A stretch of 64,000 nt of DNA from Sphingomonadales bacterium (lineage in GTDB: Bacteria > Pseudomonadota > Alphaproteobacteria > Sphingomonadales > Sphingomonadaceae). The DNA is taken from the NCBI GenBank assembly GCA_038211945.1, contig JBBQVA010000003.1, positions 35,081 through 99,080 on the forward strand, written 5' to 3'. Positions 50,192 to 59,649 of this stretch are shown in pieces. Below the pieces are notes generated by a model. That model was not told the origin of the DNA, did not search any database, and worked only from the letters and a program-made list of their open reading frames with translations. Positions within the stretch are counted from its first letter, which is position 1, and every line of letters begins with the position of its first letter. A program made the position numbers and the translations under genes.

Positions 50192-51160
50192 ATGGCTTTT
50201 TCAACGGTTTCGGCGGGCGATGTGCACGTCGCGGCGGGGCGGATCGCGGGCCATGCGGTGCGCACACCGTTGTTGCGGAACGACGCGCTCGATGCGGCGA
50301 CGGGCGCGCGCATCTGGCTGAAACCCGAAAATCTGCAGCGCACCGGATCGTTCAAATTCCGCGGGGCGTATAATCGCCTGGCCGCCCTGCGCCCAGGCGA
50401 AGCACCCGGCGGGGTCGTGGCGTTTTCGAGCGGCAACCATGCGCAAGGGGTTGCAGCGGCAGCGGCGCTGCTGGGCATGGTGGCGCTGATCGTGATGCCG
50501 TCCGATGCCCCCGCGATCAAAGTGGCGCGGACGCGGGCGCACGGTGCGGAAGTGGTGTTCTACGACCGGCTGACCGAGGACCGGGGTGCAATTGCTGCAG
50601 CGATTGCTGCGCAGCGCGGGGCGGTTATCGTGCCTCCGTTCGACGATCCGTGTGTTGTCGCCGGGCAGGGCACGGCCGGGCTGGAGGCGGCCGAGGATCT
50701 CGCGGCGATGGGCGTCACCGCCGATCTGGCGCTGGTCTGCTGCGGCGGCGGCGGGTTGGCGAGCGGCTTTGCGCTGGGGTCAGGGCTGCCTGTCGTTGTC
50801 GTCGAGCCGCAGGGCTATGACGATGTCGTGCGGTCGCTGGCGAGCGGGCGGATCGTTCCCGTCGACAACCCCGGCCCGACGATCTGTGACGCATTGCAGA
50901 CGCTGGTTATGTCGCCGCTGACCTTCGGCGTGCTGAGCGGCGTCGGCGCGCGCGGCGTCGTGGTCAGCGAAGTGCAAGTCCGCCGCGCAGTGGCGTTCGC
51001 CTTCCGCGAACTGAAACTGGTGGTGGAGCCGGGCGGCGCAGTGGCGCTGGCGGCGGCGCTGGCGGGGCTGGTCGATTTGCGCGGGAAGACGGCGGTGGTG
51101 GTGTTGTCGGGGGGGAATGTCGATGCGGGGGTGTTTGGGGAGTGTCTGGCGGGTGATTAG
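50192..51160 (+). CDS. Threonine/serine dehydratase family PLP enzyme
   Basis: LKPENLQRTGSFKFRGA, SSGNHAQG, GQGT, EPGGA, SGGN. Confidence 0.92.
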   Translation: MAFSTVSAGDVHVAAGRIAGHAVRTPLLRNDALDAATGARIWLKPENLQRTGSFKFRGAYNRLAALRPGEAPGGVVAFSSGNHAQGVAAAAALLGMVALIVMPSDAPAIKVARTRAHGAEVVFYDRLTEDRGAIAAAIAAQRGAVIVPPFDDPCVVAGQGTAGLEAAEDLAAMGVTADLALVCCGGGGLASGFALGSGLPVVVVEPQGYDDVVRSLASGRIVPVDNPGPTICDALQTLVMSPLTFGVLSGVGARGVVVSEVQVRRAVAFAFRELKLVVEPGGAVALAAALAGLVDLRGKTAVVVLSGGNVDAGVFGECLAGD

Positions 51161-51183
51161 CGTTAGGGTGCCGACGAACGAAC

Positions 51184-51212
51184 TTGACAAATAACCCATT
51201 TGGCTATATCAT
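51184..51212 (+). promoter_or_regulatory. Strong sigma70-type promoter with no annotated gene downstream
   Basis: TTGACA-17 bp-TATCAT between convergent genes. Confidence 0.7.
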
Positions 51213-51280
51213 CGTCGGATGATCGCTCTATCACTTGCCGACGTCCCACGAACCAGGCGGCATCACGCGGGAGAAGGTGT

Positions 51281-51322
51281 GGATGCTAGGGTATACTCTC
51301 TTTCCTCTCCTTCGGCGCTTTT
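51281..51322 (+). repeat. 42-nt CU-rich motif, copy B
   Basis: 38/42 identical to 31876-31917. Confidence 0.85.
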
Positions 51323-51364
51323 TTTCGCCAAAAAAACAGACGCCCACGCTGACGTTGTCGAATC

Positions 51365-52903
51365 CTAGGCCGGCATCTCCGCCCCCGGCGTCGCAAACCG
51401 GTGCCCAGCTGCCTCGTCGACCAGCTCCGGGGCGGCCTCGCCGAACCACTTCGCCACCGCTGCCCGTCCGGCATTGCCCAGGTGCAGCCCCAGCTTGGTC
51501 CGCCGCCACAGCACATCGTCCGCCGTCTTCGCCCATTCGCGCGCAACAAAATGATCGAGTTCGGCTTCGAACACGCCGCCCAGATTGTCGCCCAGCCCGC
51601 CGGCCAGCAGCGGTTCGGCCGCCGTCCCCAGCGTCATCGCCAGCCGCCGCACCAGCTTGGGATCATAATCGGAGTGGCGGATGACGAGTTCGCTGAGCCA
51701 GCGCTTCATCGCGTCCTGCCCTGTCTCCTCGTCAAGGCGCGGGACGTCGCCGCCGGGCAGGGGGGCGGTGGATGTCCAGGGTTTTGACTTGGGCGCGATG
51801 CGTTTCAGCACGTCCTCGGCGAGCACACGGTAGGTGGTGATCTTGCCGCCGACGACCGACAGGGCGGGGACTCCGGCGTGTTCGATCAGCTTGTAATCGC
51901 GGCTGGTTTCGCGGTCGCCCTTGCCGGCTTCGAGGATCAGCGGGCGGACCCCGGCAAACCGATGCACGACATCGGCGCGGGTCAGCGGGCGGGCGAGGTA
52001 ACGGTTGGCGGCGGCCAGCAGATAGTCGGTCTCATCCTCGCTGACGTGCGCGGCTTCGGGGGTTCCCACGTCGCGTTCGGTGGTCCCAATCAATGAGAAA
52101 TCGCGCTCGTAGGGGATGACGAAGACGATGCGCCCGTCGGGCTGCTGGAGCATGAAGGCATCGCGGCCCAGGTGGACGCGACGGGTGACGATGTGGCTGC
52201 CCTGCACCAGCCGCAGGGACGGTGCGTCGTTGCGGCCCATGACCTGCCGCGCGACGGTCTCTGCCCAGGGTCCGGCGGCATTGATGATGCGACGGGCGGC
52301 GATGGTGGCACCGGTGTCGAGGGTGGCCGTCCACAGTTCGCCGTCGAAGGATGCGCTGACGACCCGCGTGCGCGGCAGCACCGTCGCTCCCTTTGCTGCC
52401 GCGTCCTGCACATTGGCGATGACCAGCCGGGCATCGTCGACCCAGCCGTCCCAGTAACGATAGGCACGGCTGTATTGCGGCGCGAGGGCTCGGCCCGCCC
52501 GGTCCTGCCGCAGGTCGACCTTGCTCGATCCCGGCACCACCTTGCGCTTGGCGAGATGGTCGTAAAGGAACAGCCCGGCGCGCAGCATCCATTCAGGGCG
52601 CTCGGCGGCGACGGGCAGGATGAACGACTGCGGCCAGCTGATATGCGGCGCGATGTCGAGCAGAACCTCGCGCTCCTTGAGCGCCTTTCGGACCAGACTA
52701 AAGGCGTAGAACTCGAGGTAGCGCAGCCCGCCGTGGATGAGCTTGGTCGACGCCGATGACGTTGCCCCGCCCAGATCGCCCTGATCGACGATCGCGACGC
52801 TCAGCCCGCGCCCGGTCGCATCGCGGGCGATCCCGGCGCCATTGATCCCGGCACCGATGATGAGCAGATCGTGGATTGTCCGGGCAGGCGGGAGAGCATT
52901 CAT
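51365..52903 (-). CDS. glpD: FAD-dependent glycerol-3-phosphate dehydrogenase
   Basis: GAGING, TSSASTKLIHGGLRYLE, GGKITTYR, WRRTKLGL. Confidence 0.96.
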   Translation of the reverse strand: MNALPPARTIHDLLIIGAGINGAGIARDATGRGLSVAIVDQGDLGGATSSASTKLIHGGLRYLEFYAFSLVRKALKEREVLLDIAPHISWPQSFILPVAAERPEWMLRAGLFLYDHLAKRKVVPGSSKVDLRQDRAGRALAPQYSRAYRYWDGWVDDARLVIANVQDAAAKGATVLPRTRVVSASFDGELWTATLDTGATIAARRIINAAGPWAETVARQVMGRNDAPSLRLVQGSHIVTRRVHLGRDAFMLQQPDGRIVFVIPYERDFSLIGTTERDVGTPEAAHVSEDETDYLLAAANRYLARPLTRADVVHRFAGVRPLILEAGKGDRETSRDYKLIEHAGVPALSVVGGKITTYRVLAEDVLKRIAPKSKPWTSTAPLPGGDVPRLDEETGQDAMKRWLSELVIRHSDYDPKLVRRLAMTLGTAAEPLLAGGLGDNLGGVFEAELDHFVAREWAKTADDVLWRRTKLGLHLGNAGRAAVAKWFGEAAPELVDEAAGHRFATPGAEMPA

Positions 52904-52947
52904 GGGCCGGGCTTAACTAGCGGCGGGACGTGCGATAGGGAAGGCGG

Positions 52948-54420
52948 ATGGTTGCCGACCTCCTCCTCGCCCTTGATGCGGGTACCACCTCCACCCGCGC
53001 CATCGCCTTTTCGCTGACGGGCGACATCGTCGCCAGTTGCGGCCGCCCGATCACCCAGCACTATCCGCACCCCGGTTGGGTCGAACATGACGCCGCCGAA
53101 ATCTGGCGAGCATCGCGCGATTGCCTGATCGAGGTGGCGGACCGGGTCGGTGCGCCGCGCATCGCCGCCATAGGCATTACCAACCAGCGTGAGACGATCG
53201 TGCTGTGGGACCGGGAAACGGGCGAGCCGCTGGCCCCCGCCATTGTCTGGCAGGATCGGCGGACGGCTGGTGTCTGCGCTGCGCTGAAGGCGGCGGGGCA
53301 TGAGGCGGCGGTACAGGCCAAGACCGGACTGCTGCTCGACCCATATTTTTCGGCAACCAAGCTGCGCTGGGCGCTCCACAACTGGCCTGCCGTTCGCGCC
53401 GCCTTTGATGCGGGGACGCTGTGCGCCGGGACGGTTGAAAGCTGGCTGATCTGGAAGCTGTCGGCGGGCGCCGCCCACGTTACCGACGCGACCAACGCGT
53501 CGCGGACGCTGCTGATGGACCTGGCGACGTGTGGCTGGGACGATGGCCTGCTCGCGTTGTTCGATGTGCCGCGCGCCATTCTGCCACAGATCGTCGACTG
53601 CGCCGGACCCTTGGCGACGACCGCGCTGCTTGGCGGTATCACCCCGATCACGGGCAGCGCCGGCGACCAGCAGGCGGCGGCAATAGGCCAAGCCTGTCTT
53701 ACGCCTGGCATGGTCAAGGCAACCTATGGGACTGGCTGTTTCGTGTTGGCTCATGCTGGCCCGACTGCACCCGTTTCAGCTCACCGCCTGTTATCGACCG
53801 TGGCGTGGCGGCTGGAGGGTCGTGCCGCCTATGCGCTGGAGGGTTCAATCTTCACGGCGGGGGCAGCGGTGCAGTGGCTGCGCGATGGTTTGGGCATCAT
53901 CGCCGACAGTGCGGAGACCGAAGCGCTGGCGCGCTCGGTTCCGGATAATGGCGGCGTCACGTTCGTCCCCGCGCTGGCGGGAATGGGCGCGCCTCATTGG
54001 CGGCCCGAGGCGCGCGGGCTGCTGACTGGACTGACGGCCGGCACCAAGCGTGCGCATATCGTCCGGGCGACACTGGAGGCGATGGGCCAACAGACCGCCG
54101 ACCTGATTGATGCGCTGGCGGCCGATGGCGTGGCGACGACCAAGCTCCGCGTCGACGGCGGCATGGTGGCGAACGATTGGCTGTGCCAGAACTTGGCCGA
54201 TGCGATTGGCGTGCCGGTGGAGCGGCCAAAGGTAATCGAAACCACGGCGCTGGGCGCAGCGATGCTGGCAGGCGTCGGCACGGGGCTGTTTGCGTCTCTG
54301 GACGCTGCGGCAGAGGCGATGCGCGCGCCGGAGCGGACGTGGGAGCCAAGGCTGGGCGCTGATGAGCGCGCCGGTCAGCGCGGCACCTGGGCAGCTGCGG
54401 TGGCGCGTGTGCTGTTATGA
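52948..54420 (+). CDS. glpK: Glycerol kinase
   Basis: DAGTTSTR, TNQRET, WQDRR, GDQQAA, TYGTGCF, ETTALGAA. Confidence 0.96.
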   Translation: MVADLLLALDAGTTSTRAIAFSLTGDIVASCGRPITQHYPHPGWVEHDAAEIWRASRDCLIEVADRVGAPRIAAIGITNQRETIVLWDRETGEPLAPAIVWQDRRTAGVCAALKAAGHEAAVQAKTGLLLDPYFSATKLRWALHNWPAVRAAFDAGTLCAGTVESWLIWKLSAGAAHVTDATNASRTLLMDLATCGWDDGLLALFDVPRAILPQIVDCAGPLATTALLGGITPITGSAGDQQAAAIGQACLTPGMVKATYGTGCFVLAHAGPTAPVSAHRLLSTVAWRLEGRAAYALEGSIFTAGAAVQWLRDGLGIIADSAETEALARSVPDNGGVTFVPALAGMGAPHWRPEARGLLTGLTAGTKRAHIVRATLEAMGQQTADLIDALAADGVATTKLRVDGGMVANDWLCQNLADAIGVPVERPKVIETTALGAAMLAGVGTGLFASLDAAAEAMRAPERTWEPRLGADERAGQRGTWAAAVARVLL

Positions 54421-54590
54421 ACCAGGCCCTCACCACCATCGCCATGCTGGCGGCATTTGCTTTGGTCGGCGGCGGTGTCTGGGCGCTGACGCGGGCCGGC
54501 GTGTCGCGGTTGAAGGCGTGGCTGATGATCGTGGCGGGGTTGGTTGTACTGTTCAACGTCTGGATCGCCAGCTTGCCACCACCGCGCTAG
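54417..54590 (+). CDS. 57-aa two-TM membrane protein (not in ORF track)
   Basis: ATGA overlap with glpK; MNQALTTIAMLAAFALVGGGVWALTRAGVSRLKAWLMIVAGLVVLFNVWIASLPPPR. Confidence 0.75.
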   Translation: MNQALTTIAMLAAFALVGGGVWALTRAGVSRLKAWLMIVAGLVVLFNVWIASLPPPR

Positions 54591-54630
54591 CCATGCTTGC
54601 CCGTTTATTCCCGCTCGCTACAGTTGCTGC

Positions 54631-55365
54631 ATGACCGACCCCGCCCTCGCCACCGTCGACGCCTCGGCCCTCGCCGGGCGGCAGTTGCGCTATTATGATT
54701 TCGCTATGGCGGCGTTCGTCGCGATCCTGCTGTGTTCGAACATCATTGGCGCGGGCAAACAGGCGCAGGTGACGCTTCCCTTCGTCGGGCCGGTGATCTT
54801 TGGTGCGGGCATCCTGTTTTTTCCATTGGGCTATGTGCTCGGTGACATCCTGACCGAGGTCTACGGCTATGCCCGCGCGCGGCGCGTCGTCTGGGTCGGG
54901 TTTGCCGCGTCGCTGTTCGCCGCGTTCATGTCATGGGCGGTGGTCGCCATCCCGGCCGCGCCGGGCTGGGAGGGGCAGGCAGCGACGGCGGCAGTATTCG
55001 GGCAGGTGCCGCGCATCTTCCTCGCCTCGATCGCTGCCTTCTGGGCCGGGGAATTCGCCAACGCCTTTGTGCTGGCGCGGATGAAGGTGTGGACCAATGG
55101 CGACAAGCTGTGGACGCGGCTGATCGGCTCGACGGTGGCGGGGCAGGGGGTCGACAGCCTGATCTTCTACCCGTTGGCGTTCCTGGGGGTTTGGGAAACC
55201 TCGCGAGTGATCCTGGTGCTGTTCACCAATTACGCGCTCAAAGTCCTGTGGGAGATCGTGCTGATGCCGGTCACCTATGTCATCGTCGATTTCTTCAAAC
55301 GCGCCGAGGGACTGGACGTTTTCGATCGCGACACCAATTTCACGCCATTCAAGGCAAAGGTGTAG
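54631..55365 (+). CDS. Queuosine precursor transporter (YhhQ/Vut_1)
   Basis: DILTEVYGYARARR, RLIGSTVAGQGVDS, DTNFTPF. Confidence 0.9.
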   Translation: MTDPALATVDASALAGRQLRYYDFAMAAFVAILLCSNIIGAGKQAQVTLPFVGPVIFGAGILFFPLGYVLGDILTEVYGYARARRVVWVGFAASLFAAFMSWAVVAIPAAPGWEGQAATAAVFGQVPRIFLASIAAFWAGEFANAFVLARMKVWTNGDKLWTRLIGSTVAGQGVDSLIFYPLAFLGVWETSRVILVLFTNYALKVLWEIVLMPVTYVIVDFFKRAEGLDVFDRDTNFTPFKAKV

Positions 55366-55368
55366 CGC

Positions 55369-55932
55369 GTGGACGATCTTCCGGCAGAAGGCAGCAACAA
55401 GATGCTTAACCGGCTGGTGGCGATCACTGTCGTCATCTTGTCGGTGTTCCTGGGCCTGTGCCACATCAAGGACGACAATCTCGTCCAGGCGATGCAGCAA
55501 TCAAAGGCCGATGCCGTTGATACCTGGAGCGAATATCAGGCAACACGAACCAAGCTTCACATCGATGAGGGCGCGCTGAATCAGCTCGGCGTCATCGGAC
55601 CATTGGCGAAGGATCCGGCTGCTGTTGCGGCGCAGACCGAAAAGCTCGCTGCCCAGATCGCCAAATACAAGGCTGAAACGCCGGCGCTACAGGCCAAGGC
55701 CAAGGGCTTCGAGGCCGCCTATGACGCGATGAATTACCACGATGATCAGTTCGACGCCGCCGACGCGCTGACCGGGATTGCCGTGTCGGTAGCGGCGGTG
55801 GCGGCGCTGGCGGAGGCGGAATGGGTGCTTGGCGTCGCCTGGGTTTTCGGCGCGTTCGGCGTGTTGATGGGTGTCGCCGGGTTTGCCGGCTGGCGCATCC
55901 ACCCCGATTTTCTTGCCCAACTGCTAAGTTGA
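55369..55932 (+). CDS. DUF4337-like membrane protein
   Basis: TM helix, DTWSEYQA, coiled coil, two C-terminal TM helices. Confidence 0.75.
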   Translation: MDDLPAEGSNKMLNRLVAITVVILSVFLGLCHIKDDNLVQAMQQSKADAVDTWSEYQATRTKLHIDEGALNQLGVIGPLAKDPAAVAAQTEKLAAQIAKYKAETPALQAKAKGFEAAYDAMNYHDDQFDAADALTGIAVSVAAVAALAEAEWVLGVAWVFGAFGVLMGVAGFAGWRIHPDFLAQLLS

Positions 55933-55939
55933 GCGACGA

Positions 55940-56773
55940 TTAGTCGCCCAGCGTCATTTCACCCCGAATAACCGAAACACACCTGCCGCTCAGTTCAACC
56001 CGGTCGCCGTCGACCCGGCAACCGACATGGCCACCGCGGGCGCTTGCCTGAAACGCTGTGAAACTGTTGCGCCCGAACCGTTCCGCCCAATAGGACGCTA
56101 TGATCGCGTGCGCGGAGCCGGTCACGGGATCCTCGTCAATCCCAGCCCCTGGCGCAAAGGCGCGGCTGACGACATCGGCGCCTGACACATCTCCATCGCC
56201 GGGGGAGGTGGCGATCATCAGCACATCGCCCCCTTGCAGTGCCGCAATGGCACGAAAGTCGGGAGCCAGGGCGCGAACATCGGTCGCCGATGCGAAAACC
56301 GCGACAAGATAGTCTGCGCCGCGCGCACGCACCTGAACGGGTGCGGTACCCAACGCCGCCGCAACCTTATCACGCAGATCGCCCGTTACGATATCGTCGG
56401 CAGGCCAACTCGGCAGGCTCATCGCATAGCCAATTCCACGACGCGCAACGGTCAATACGCCAGCCTTTCGCGTTGAGAAGCGCACGTGCTCCATTGCCGG
56501 AGCAGCTGCGAGAACGACATGGCCGCTGGCCAGCGTTGCATGGCCGCACAGTGCCACCTCCACCGAAGGCGTGAACCAGCGCAGATCGAAATCCGCCTCG
56601 GTGGCATCGGCGCGCAACACGATAAACGCAGTCTCGGCGAGATTGTTCTCAGCGGCGATTGCCTGCAACGTCGCGTCCGGCAGCCAGGCGGGCAGGGGCA
56701 TGACCGCTGCCGGATTGCCCTTGAACGGTACATCAGAAAACGCATCGACCTGCACCAGCGGGATCGTCGTCAT
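55940..56773 (-). CDS. PhzF family epimerase/isomerase
   Basis: QVDAF, GNPAAV, RWFTP, LCGHATLA, EDPVTGSA. Confidence 0.93.
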   Translation of the reverse strand: MTTIPLVQVDAFSDVPFKGNPAAVMPLPAWLPDATLQAIAAENNLAETAFIVLRADATEADFDLRWFTPSVEVALCGHATLASGHVVLAAAPAMEHVRFSTRKAGVLTVARRGIGYAMSLPSWPADDIVTGDLRDKVAAALGTAPVQVRARGADYLVAVFASATDVRALAPDFRAIAALQGGDVLMIATSPGDGDVSGADVVSRAFAPGAGIDEDPVTGSAHAIIASYWAERFGRNSFTAFQASARGGHVGCRVDGDRVELSGRCVSVIRGEMTLGD

Positions 56774-57717
56774 TGGGCTTTCAAACTCATTTCAGGGCTT
56801 TCAGTATCTTCAGGGCGTGGCTTGTCATCGAAATGGCCGTGTGGATCCACATGCACCATCACTTCGGCTCCCGGATGCGCGGTCCCAACCCGCGCCTCTA
56901 CGCCATCGACAATAGCATGGGCGGCGGCAACGGTCATTTCGGGCGGCAGCCAGACGTGAAACTGGATGAAGTCGGTGACACCGCTCGACCGGGTTTTCAG
57001 GTCATGGGCACCGAGCACGCCCGGCGCATCCCGCACCAACTCCAGAAGGGCCTGGCGCTTTTGTTCGGGCCATTCGCGGTCCATCAGCATGTCGAGCGCC
57101 TCACCTGCAGCCCGAATGGCGTTCCAGCCGATCCACAGTGCGATCAGCACGCCGAACACCGGGTCGGCACCATGGACTCCGCCCCAAACCTCCAGTCCCA
57201 ACGCGACGATGACGGTTATGTTAAGCACCAGATCGGACTGGTAGTGGAGCTGGTCGACGCCGATGGCGATGCTGCCGGTACGCCGCACCACGATCCGCTG
57301 CCACCACAATAGCGCCAACGTCAGCGCGACGCAGACCAGCGATACGCCGATGCCCAGATCAGGCCGCTCGACCGCCTTGCTGCCACCGCTCAGCGCCGCC
57401 ACCGCTCGCCACAGGATCGCTGCCGCCGACGCCAGGATGAGCAGCGTTTGCATCAGCGCGGCGATGGCCTCGGCCTTGCCATGGCCAAAGCGATGCTCGG
57501 CGTCGGCAGGCTGGGCAGCGAACGAGACGGCGTAAAGCGTCAATAACGACGCCACCAGATCGAGTGCGGTATCGGCCAGCGACCCCAGCATCGCCACCGA
57601 CCCGGTCGCCATGGCGGCCCAACCCTTCAGGCCCAGCAGCAGCAGCGCCATCGACGACGACGCCAAAGCTGCAGAGCGCGTCAGCGCACCGCGATTCATC
57701 TCGGCGGTTCCGGTCAT
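56770..57717 (-). CDS. Cation diffusion facilitator (FieF-like)
   Basis: SLADTALD, HRFGHGKAE, LHYQSD, VHVDP. Confidence 0.92.
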   Translation of the reverse strand: MTGTAEMNRGALTRSAALASSSMALLLLGLKGWAAMATGSVAMLGSLADTALDLVASLLTLYAVSFAAQPADAEHRFGHGKAEAIAALMQTLLILASAAAILWRAVAALSGGSKAVERPDLGIGVSLVCVALTLALLWWQRIVVRRTGSIAIGVDQLHYQSDLVLNITVIVALGLEVWGGVHGADPVFGVLIALWIGWNAIRAAGEALDMLMDREWPEQKRQALLELVRDAPGVLGAHDLKTRSSGVTDFIQFHVWLPPEMTVAAAHAIVDGVEARVGTAHPGAEVMVHVDPHGHFDDKPRPEDTESPEMSLKAQ

Positions 57718-58298
57718 GGGTAGAGCAGGCTCGTGGTCCAGCCGTCGCCCGACCGCGTGAACAACTCGCGCTCGTGGAGGCGGTTGTCGCGATCCTGCCA
57801 GAATTCGATCTGCGACGGCACGATCCGCCAGCCCGACCAGCGCGGCGGCCTGGGGACGGTCACGCCTGCGAAACGGGCGCGGACAGCGGCAAGGCGGTTT
57901 TCAAAGGTCTCGCGGTCGGGCAGCGGCTGCGACTGGTCCGAAGCCCAGGCGCCAAGCTGCGATTCACGTGGGCGTCCGGCGAAATAGCCAGCGGCCTCGG
58001 CGTGGCCAACTGGTTCCGCGCGTCCATCGACGCGGACCTGGCGCTTCAACGATTTCCAGTGAAAGTCCATGTGGCAGAAAGGATTGGCGGTAAGTTCGCG
58101 GCCCTTGCGGCTGTCGAGGTTGGTGTAAAAAACAAAACCGCGTTCGTCCCAGAACTTCATCAGCACAATCCGAACCGACGGCCGGGCGTCCGCAGTCGCC
58201 GTCGCCAAAGCAAAGGCGTTGGGATCGGACGGCTCCGCCAGTTTGGCTGCTGCGAACCAGTCGGCAAAGCGCAGATACGGGTCGGTGGGGACGGTCAT
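57714..58298 (-). CDS. pdxH: Pyridoxamine 5'-phosphate oxidase
   Basis: RIVLMK, FYTNLDSRKG, SQLGAWASDQS, EFWQ, RLHER. Confidence 0.96.
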   Translation of the reverse strand: MTVPTDPYLRFADWFAAAKLAEPSDPNAFALATATADARPSVRIVLMKFWDERGFVFYTNLDSRKGRELTANPFCHMDFHWKSLKRQVRVDGRAEPVGHAEAAGYFAGRPRESQLGAWASDQSQPLPDRETFENRLAAVRARFAGVTVPRPPRWSGWRIVPSQIEFWQDRDNRLHERELFTRSGDGWTTSLLYP

Positions 58299-58426
58299 CA
58301 CCAGCGGTTTAGCTGTCGCGCTGCAGCATGTCACCCGCGACAGGCGCGTCGTTTATGTCGTTTTTATCCAATTGTTCGTCTGGCAGACGGGCTAGATTCG
58401 ACGTTCAGCAGGACGGGAAAAGCATT

Positions 58427-59371
58427 ATGGGCATCCGGCACGCAGCGACCATTGTCGCATCATTGTGCTTTGCAACGGGGGCGGCGGCAACGACGCCGGG
58501 GCCAGGTGGCACGCAGATTACCACCGCCCATGCGACCTATAGCGTGTCGCTTCACACCTTCGATGATCCGACGGGCGTCACGCGTTCGGGCACCGGCTTT
58601 GGCGCGGAAACGATCTCGATCCCCGACTCATTGGCAGTTACCCACGCCGAATTCGGGAGCCAACCCAGCGGACTGGCCTATGCGTCTGCATATTACGATA
58701 ACGCATCGGGTTCCGGGCATGGCTTTGCCAGCAACACGTTGAACTATGCGTTCAATGTGAAGGCCGCCAACCCCGCCGCCACTGCTGTGCTCGCCGCCTA
58801 TCTGCTCGCCAACAACGGCGTTGCAATCGTCGCTGACTTTTCGATTTATCTCAGTCAGAATGACAATAGTTACGGCGATGCCAATGGCAGCGTCGATCTT
58901 GGAGCGGACGTTTTTTCCGTCGACTGCCAGCGGTCGGGCGGCCCGGGTTGCGGGCTAACCAATTCATCCGTCGGCGGCCGGCTGGTCGCCGGAACATCCG
59001 TCAATACTTTCAGCGGATTTGCGCATCTGACCGCGGACGTCGGCCTGCGCGAAGGCGGTCCAAGCTTTGGCTTCGGGTCCGGCTGCGGCGGCGGACTCGG
59101 TGGCGGAGGCGGAGGCGCGACGGGCCCCTACCATTCGCCATGCTACAATCCGGGTCGAAATGCTGTCTATGCCTATGTCGATCCGGTCATCAGCCTCGCC
59201 AGCGGCTTCACATCGCAGCCGGGGTATAACCCTGCCGATTACACCATCGAATTCAGCCCCGGCGTTGCAGCGGTCCCCGAACCGGCCGCCTGGGCGCTAT
59301 TGATCATGGGTTTCGGTGCGGTGGGAGCGGTGCAACGGCGGCGGTCATACCTGCGCGCCGTTGCTGCCTGA
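58427..59371 (+). CDS. Exported PEP-CTERM (PEPxxWA) protein of unknown function
   Basis: Signal peptide; Ser/Gly/Asn-rich; VPEPAAWALLIMGFGAVGAVQRRR. Confidence 0.9.
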   Translation: MGIRHAATIVASLCFATGAAATTPGPGGTQITTAHATYSVSLHTFDDPTGVTRSGTGFGAETISIPDSLAVTHAEFGSQPSGLAYASAYYDNASGSGHGFASNTLNYAFNVKAANPAATAVLAAYLLANNGVAIVADFSIYLSQNDNSYGDANGSVDLGADVFSVDCQRSGGPGCGLTNSSVGGRLVAGTSVNTFSGFAHLTADVGLREGGPSFGFGSGCGGGLGGGGGGATGPYHSPCYNPGRNAVYAYVDPVISLASGFTSQPGYNPADYTIEFSPGVAAVPEPAAWALLIMGFGAVGAVQRRRSYLRAVAA

Positions 59372-59539
59372 TTAGCGCTGCCCGACGGAGTGTGCCGCAG
59401 CGGAATGCGCCGTTAGCGGCGACCGTTCGGCCAATTCAATAGCCGCACCAGCACCCGCGCCGATCCCGATTATGATGCCGATCGCCCAGATCAGCGGGCC
59501 GCGGGTCGTTGCAGGCAGGCGATAACGAAATGGCGTCAA
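59372..59539 (-). CDS. Candidate 55-aa single-TM protein
   Basis: AGGGAG RBS plus TTG start; GPLIWAIGIIIGIGAGAGAAI; sigma54 promoter upstream. Confidence 0.5.
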   Translation of the reverse strand: MTPFRYRLPATTRGPLIWAIGIIIGIGAGAGAAIELAERSPLTAHSAAAHSVGQR

Positions 59540-59588
59540 CGGAGCGCTCCCTGCAGGACGACATCGGTGCGTCCTTTTGTCATATCTC

Positions 59589-59604
59589 AGCAAAGAGCGT
59601 GCCA
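59589..59604 (-). promoter_or_regulatory. Sigma54 (-24/-12) promoter
   Basis: TGGCAC-GCTCT-TTGCT, exact consensus. Confidence 0.75.
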
Positions 59605-59649
59605 ATCATGGTTAACCGGCCAAGCCGTTGATTTGTCAGAGTCGCAAAT

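Noticed and set aside
51281-51330. Glycine aptamer on the minus strand (CGCCGAAGGAG)
   Set aside because: The upstream GGAGA and downstream CTCTCAGG elements needed for the fold are missing
54591-54630. preQ1 riboswitch before the queuosine precursor transporter
   Set aside because: The gap is only 40 bp with no recognisable aptamer stem or A-rich tail
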